NCBI GenBank assembly: GCA_023145835.1
Contig: JAGLDH010000019.1
Location: 1-64,000 of the forward strand
Direction: 5' to 3'
DNA: 64,000 nucleotides
Source: Methylococcales bacterium
GTDB taxonomy: Bacteria; Pseudomonadota; Gammaproteobacteria; Methylococcales; Methylomonadaceae
Of the stretch, positions 62,578-64,000 are shown one piece after another. The first letter of the stretch is position 1; each line of letters opens with the position of its first letter. The translations under genes were made by a program, and so were the position numbers. The notes beneath the pieces were generated by a model. It did not search any database. It was not told where the DNA came from and worked only from the letters and a program-made list of their open reading frames with translations.

Positions 62578-63956
62578 GTCTTTTCTCCTTTTCCTGAAGA
62601 AACCATTGCTATGATTTTTTTACGATTTAAAAAGAGTATATAAGCTACAATGCCCAACAACAAACCTAATATAAAATTGCTAACAGAGTCATCCGTAGCT
62701 GCTTGGTCTGAGTAAAAACTTATTGGCTTTGGCCCATCATCAACGATGGCTTCTTTACCTGCTGGCGGTGCTTTATAACCTTTACCATCTATTTCACCTA
62801 GGCTGTTCCATGCATCAATATTTTGCCAAACTGGTAATTTTCTATCGTGGAATTTTTTTGTAAACAATGCCGTTATATCTTCTCCAATCCCCATTGGTAA
62901 TCCGACTTCGTTTAGATATTTTTTATAGACCAAAGCACTTACATTACCACCAGGATTCATTCCATTTGTAGTAATACCTTTTTCTCTATGGTCATGAAAA
63001 ATCCAGATACCTTCCCCATAACTATGTAAACCATCATCTACCGTACTGATTTTTAAATCATTACGTTGAGCAGGAGCGATATTATAAACATCACGCATAA
63101 TCTGCGCTTGTTTGTTATGTTCAACACCATCATAATGTGTGATAGTTCCTTTATGACCATGTGTATGTAATGCTAATGTCTCACCAGCGCTATTAAACAC
63201 TCTATATTTAATATTTTTGTCTGGCTCCGCAACTATAATTGATTCTCTCAGAGTATAAGGAAAAGAACGACCATTCAAAGTATAGTAATCTTCAGTTGAC
63301 TCAGTCATGTCATACTCTCGATTCATTTTTTTCGCAATTAATCGAGGATCATTAAATTCTTGAACAATGTTATGCATTTCTTTATCTATCGCATGGTAAT
63401 GCAGATCATATTCATTATCATACTCTTCTAAAACTGCTTTTGATGGGTATCGTACTTGTCCGCCGCCCACATTAAATGTTTGTACCCAATTGTTTGGACG
63501 ATTTTCTTCAACAACAAACATTCCTACCAAGCCCATTGCCAAATGTGAATGTGTTTGTACATGACAATGGTAAACAAAAGAACCTGGCTGTCTAGGACGA
63601 ATTTCATACGTTTTACTTTGCCCAGGTAAAACAAACTTGTCACTGGTTTGAGGAACACCATCATTCCCCTCACCTGAGCTGTCTATCCAAGGGTGGTCTA
63701 CACCATGCAAATGTATGGTATGTGGAAAATAATGGCTATTCTCTAAATGAATCCAGACTCTATCACCTTGTTCTACACGAATAATGGGAGAAGGCGCTCT
63801 TAATAAAGGATTTGCATCAGTTCCAACAAAGCTGGTCGTCGCCATTCCACGTGATTTTGGTGCAAAAACCCACATAGCAGGTTGAATACCTGGAGCCATA
63901 TCAAATGTAGGTACAAACCCTTTAAAATCAGGAGAATGACCATTCAACTCAGCCAC
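62574..63956 (-). CDS. multicopper oxidase-like protein (two-domain type, T1 site in first domain) with C-terminal TM anchor; reading frame remains open upstream to the window edge
   Basis: 'HTIHLHGV' (HxH), 'HCHVQTHSHLAM' (HCHx3Hx4M), 'LHTHGH', 'FHDH'; C-terminal 'FILGLLLGIVAYILFL'; GTG start at 63954-63956 but no in-frame stop before nt 64000. Confidence 0.65.
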   Translation of the reverse strand: MAELNGHSPDFKGFVPTFDMAPGIQPAMWVFAPKSRGMATTSFVGTDANPLLRAPSPIIRVEQGDRVWIHLENSHYFPHTIHLHGVDHPWIDSSGEGNDGVPQTSDKFVLPGQSKTYEIRPRQPGSFVYHCHVQTHSHLAMGLVGMFVVEENRPNNWVQTFNVGGGQVRYPSKAVLEEYDNEYDLHYHAIDKEMHNIVQEFNDPRLIAKKMNREYDMTESTEDYYTLNGRSFPYTLRESIIVAEPDKNIKYRVFNSAGETLALHTHGHKGTITHYDGVEHNKQAQIMRDVYNIAPAQRNDLKISTVDDGLHSYGEGIWIFHDHREKGITTNGMNPGGNVSALVYKKYLNEVGLPMGIGEDITALFTKKFHDRKLPVWQNIDAWNSLGEIDGKGYKAPPAGKEAIVDDGPKPISFYSDQAATDDSVSNFILGLLLGIVAYILFLNRKKIIAMVSSGKGEKT

Positions 63957-64000
63957 CTCTAGTTTAATGATTATATGATCAGGGTCACCATCCCCATCTA

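Overview
Low-GC chromosomal segment of about 64 kb, apparently gammaproteobacterial: the gene order resembles Pseudomonas/Legionella-type genomes (a tyrZ-like gene next to an M23 peptidase, anmK, erpA and argC; dapF-yigA-xerC; pstSCAB-phoU-phoBR; RegB/RegA). Most of it is intact housekeeping genes: rapA, mazG, dgkA, gcvH, rimO, cmoAB, hemB, aroE, prlC, ubiD, lysA, dapF, xerC and the complete pst/pho regulon. Accessory or unusual content is interspersed among them:
- a multiply frameshifted type-2 tyrosyl-tRNA synthetase remnant at the 5' edge;
- two near-identical 156-bp elements with terminal inverted repeats (MITE-like) that bracket phoB-phoR;
- an orphan secreted Cys-rich EGKCG-repeat peptide resembling HvfA/bufferin-type RiPP metallophore precursors, with no maturase nearby;
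- a membrane-anchored leucine-rich-repeat protein co-transcribed with a four-TM CxxCH (heme-c-like) protein;
- an NdvB-like GH17-GT2 glucan synthase next to a beta-barrel outer membrane protein;
- an SPFH-SHOCT plus multi-zinc-ribbon operon carrying a 10-nt poly-G tract inside the coding sequence;
- an EF-hand lipoprotein and c-di-GMP/cNMP signalling proteins;
- a copper cluster at the 3' edge (membrane-anchored multicopper oxidase plus a Met-rich cupredoxin).
No tRNA, rRNA, CRISPR array, prophage or recognisable multi-gene defence island was seen. Nothing qualifies as a convincing new multi-gene system; the strongest leads are the HvfA-like orphan, the LRR/CxxCH pair and the MITE-bracketed phoBR.
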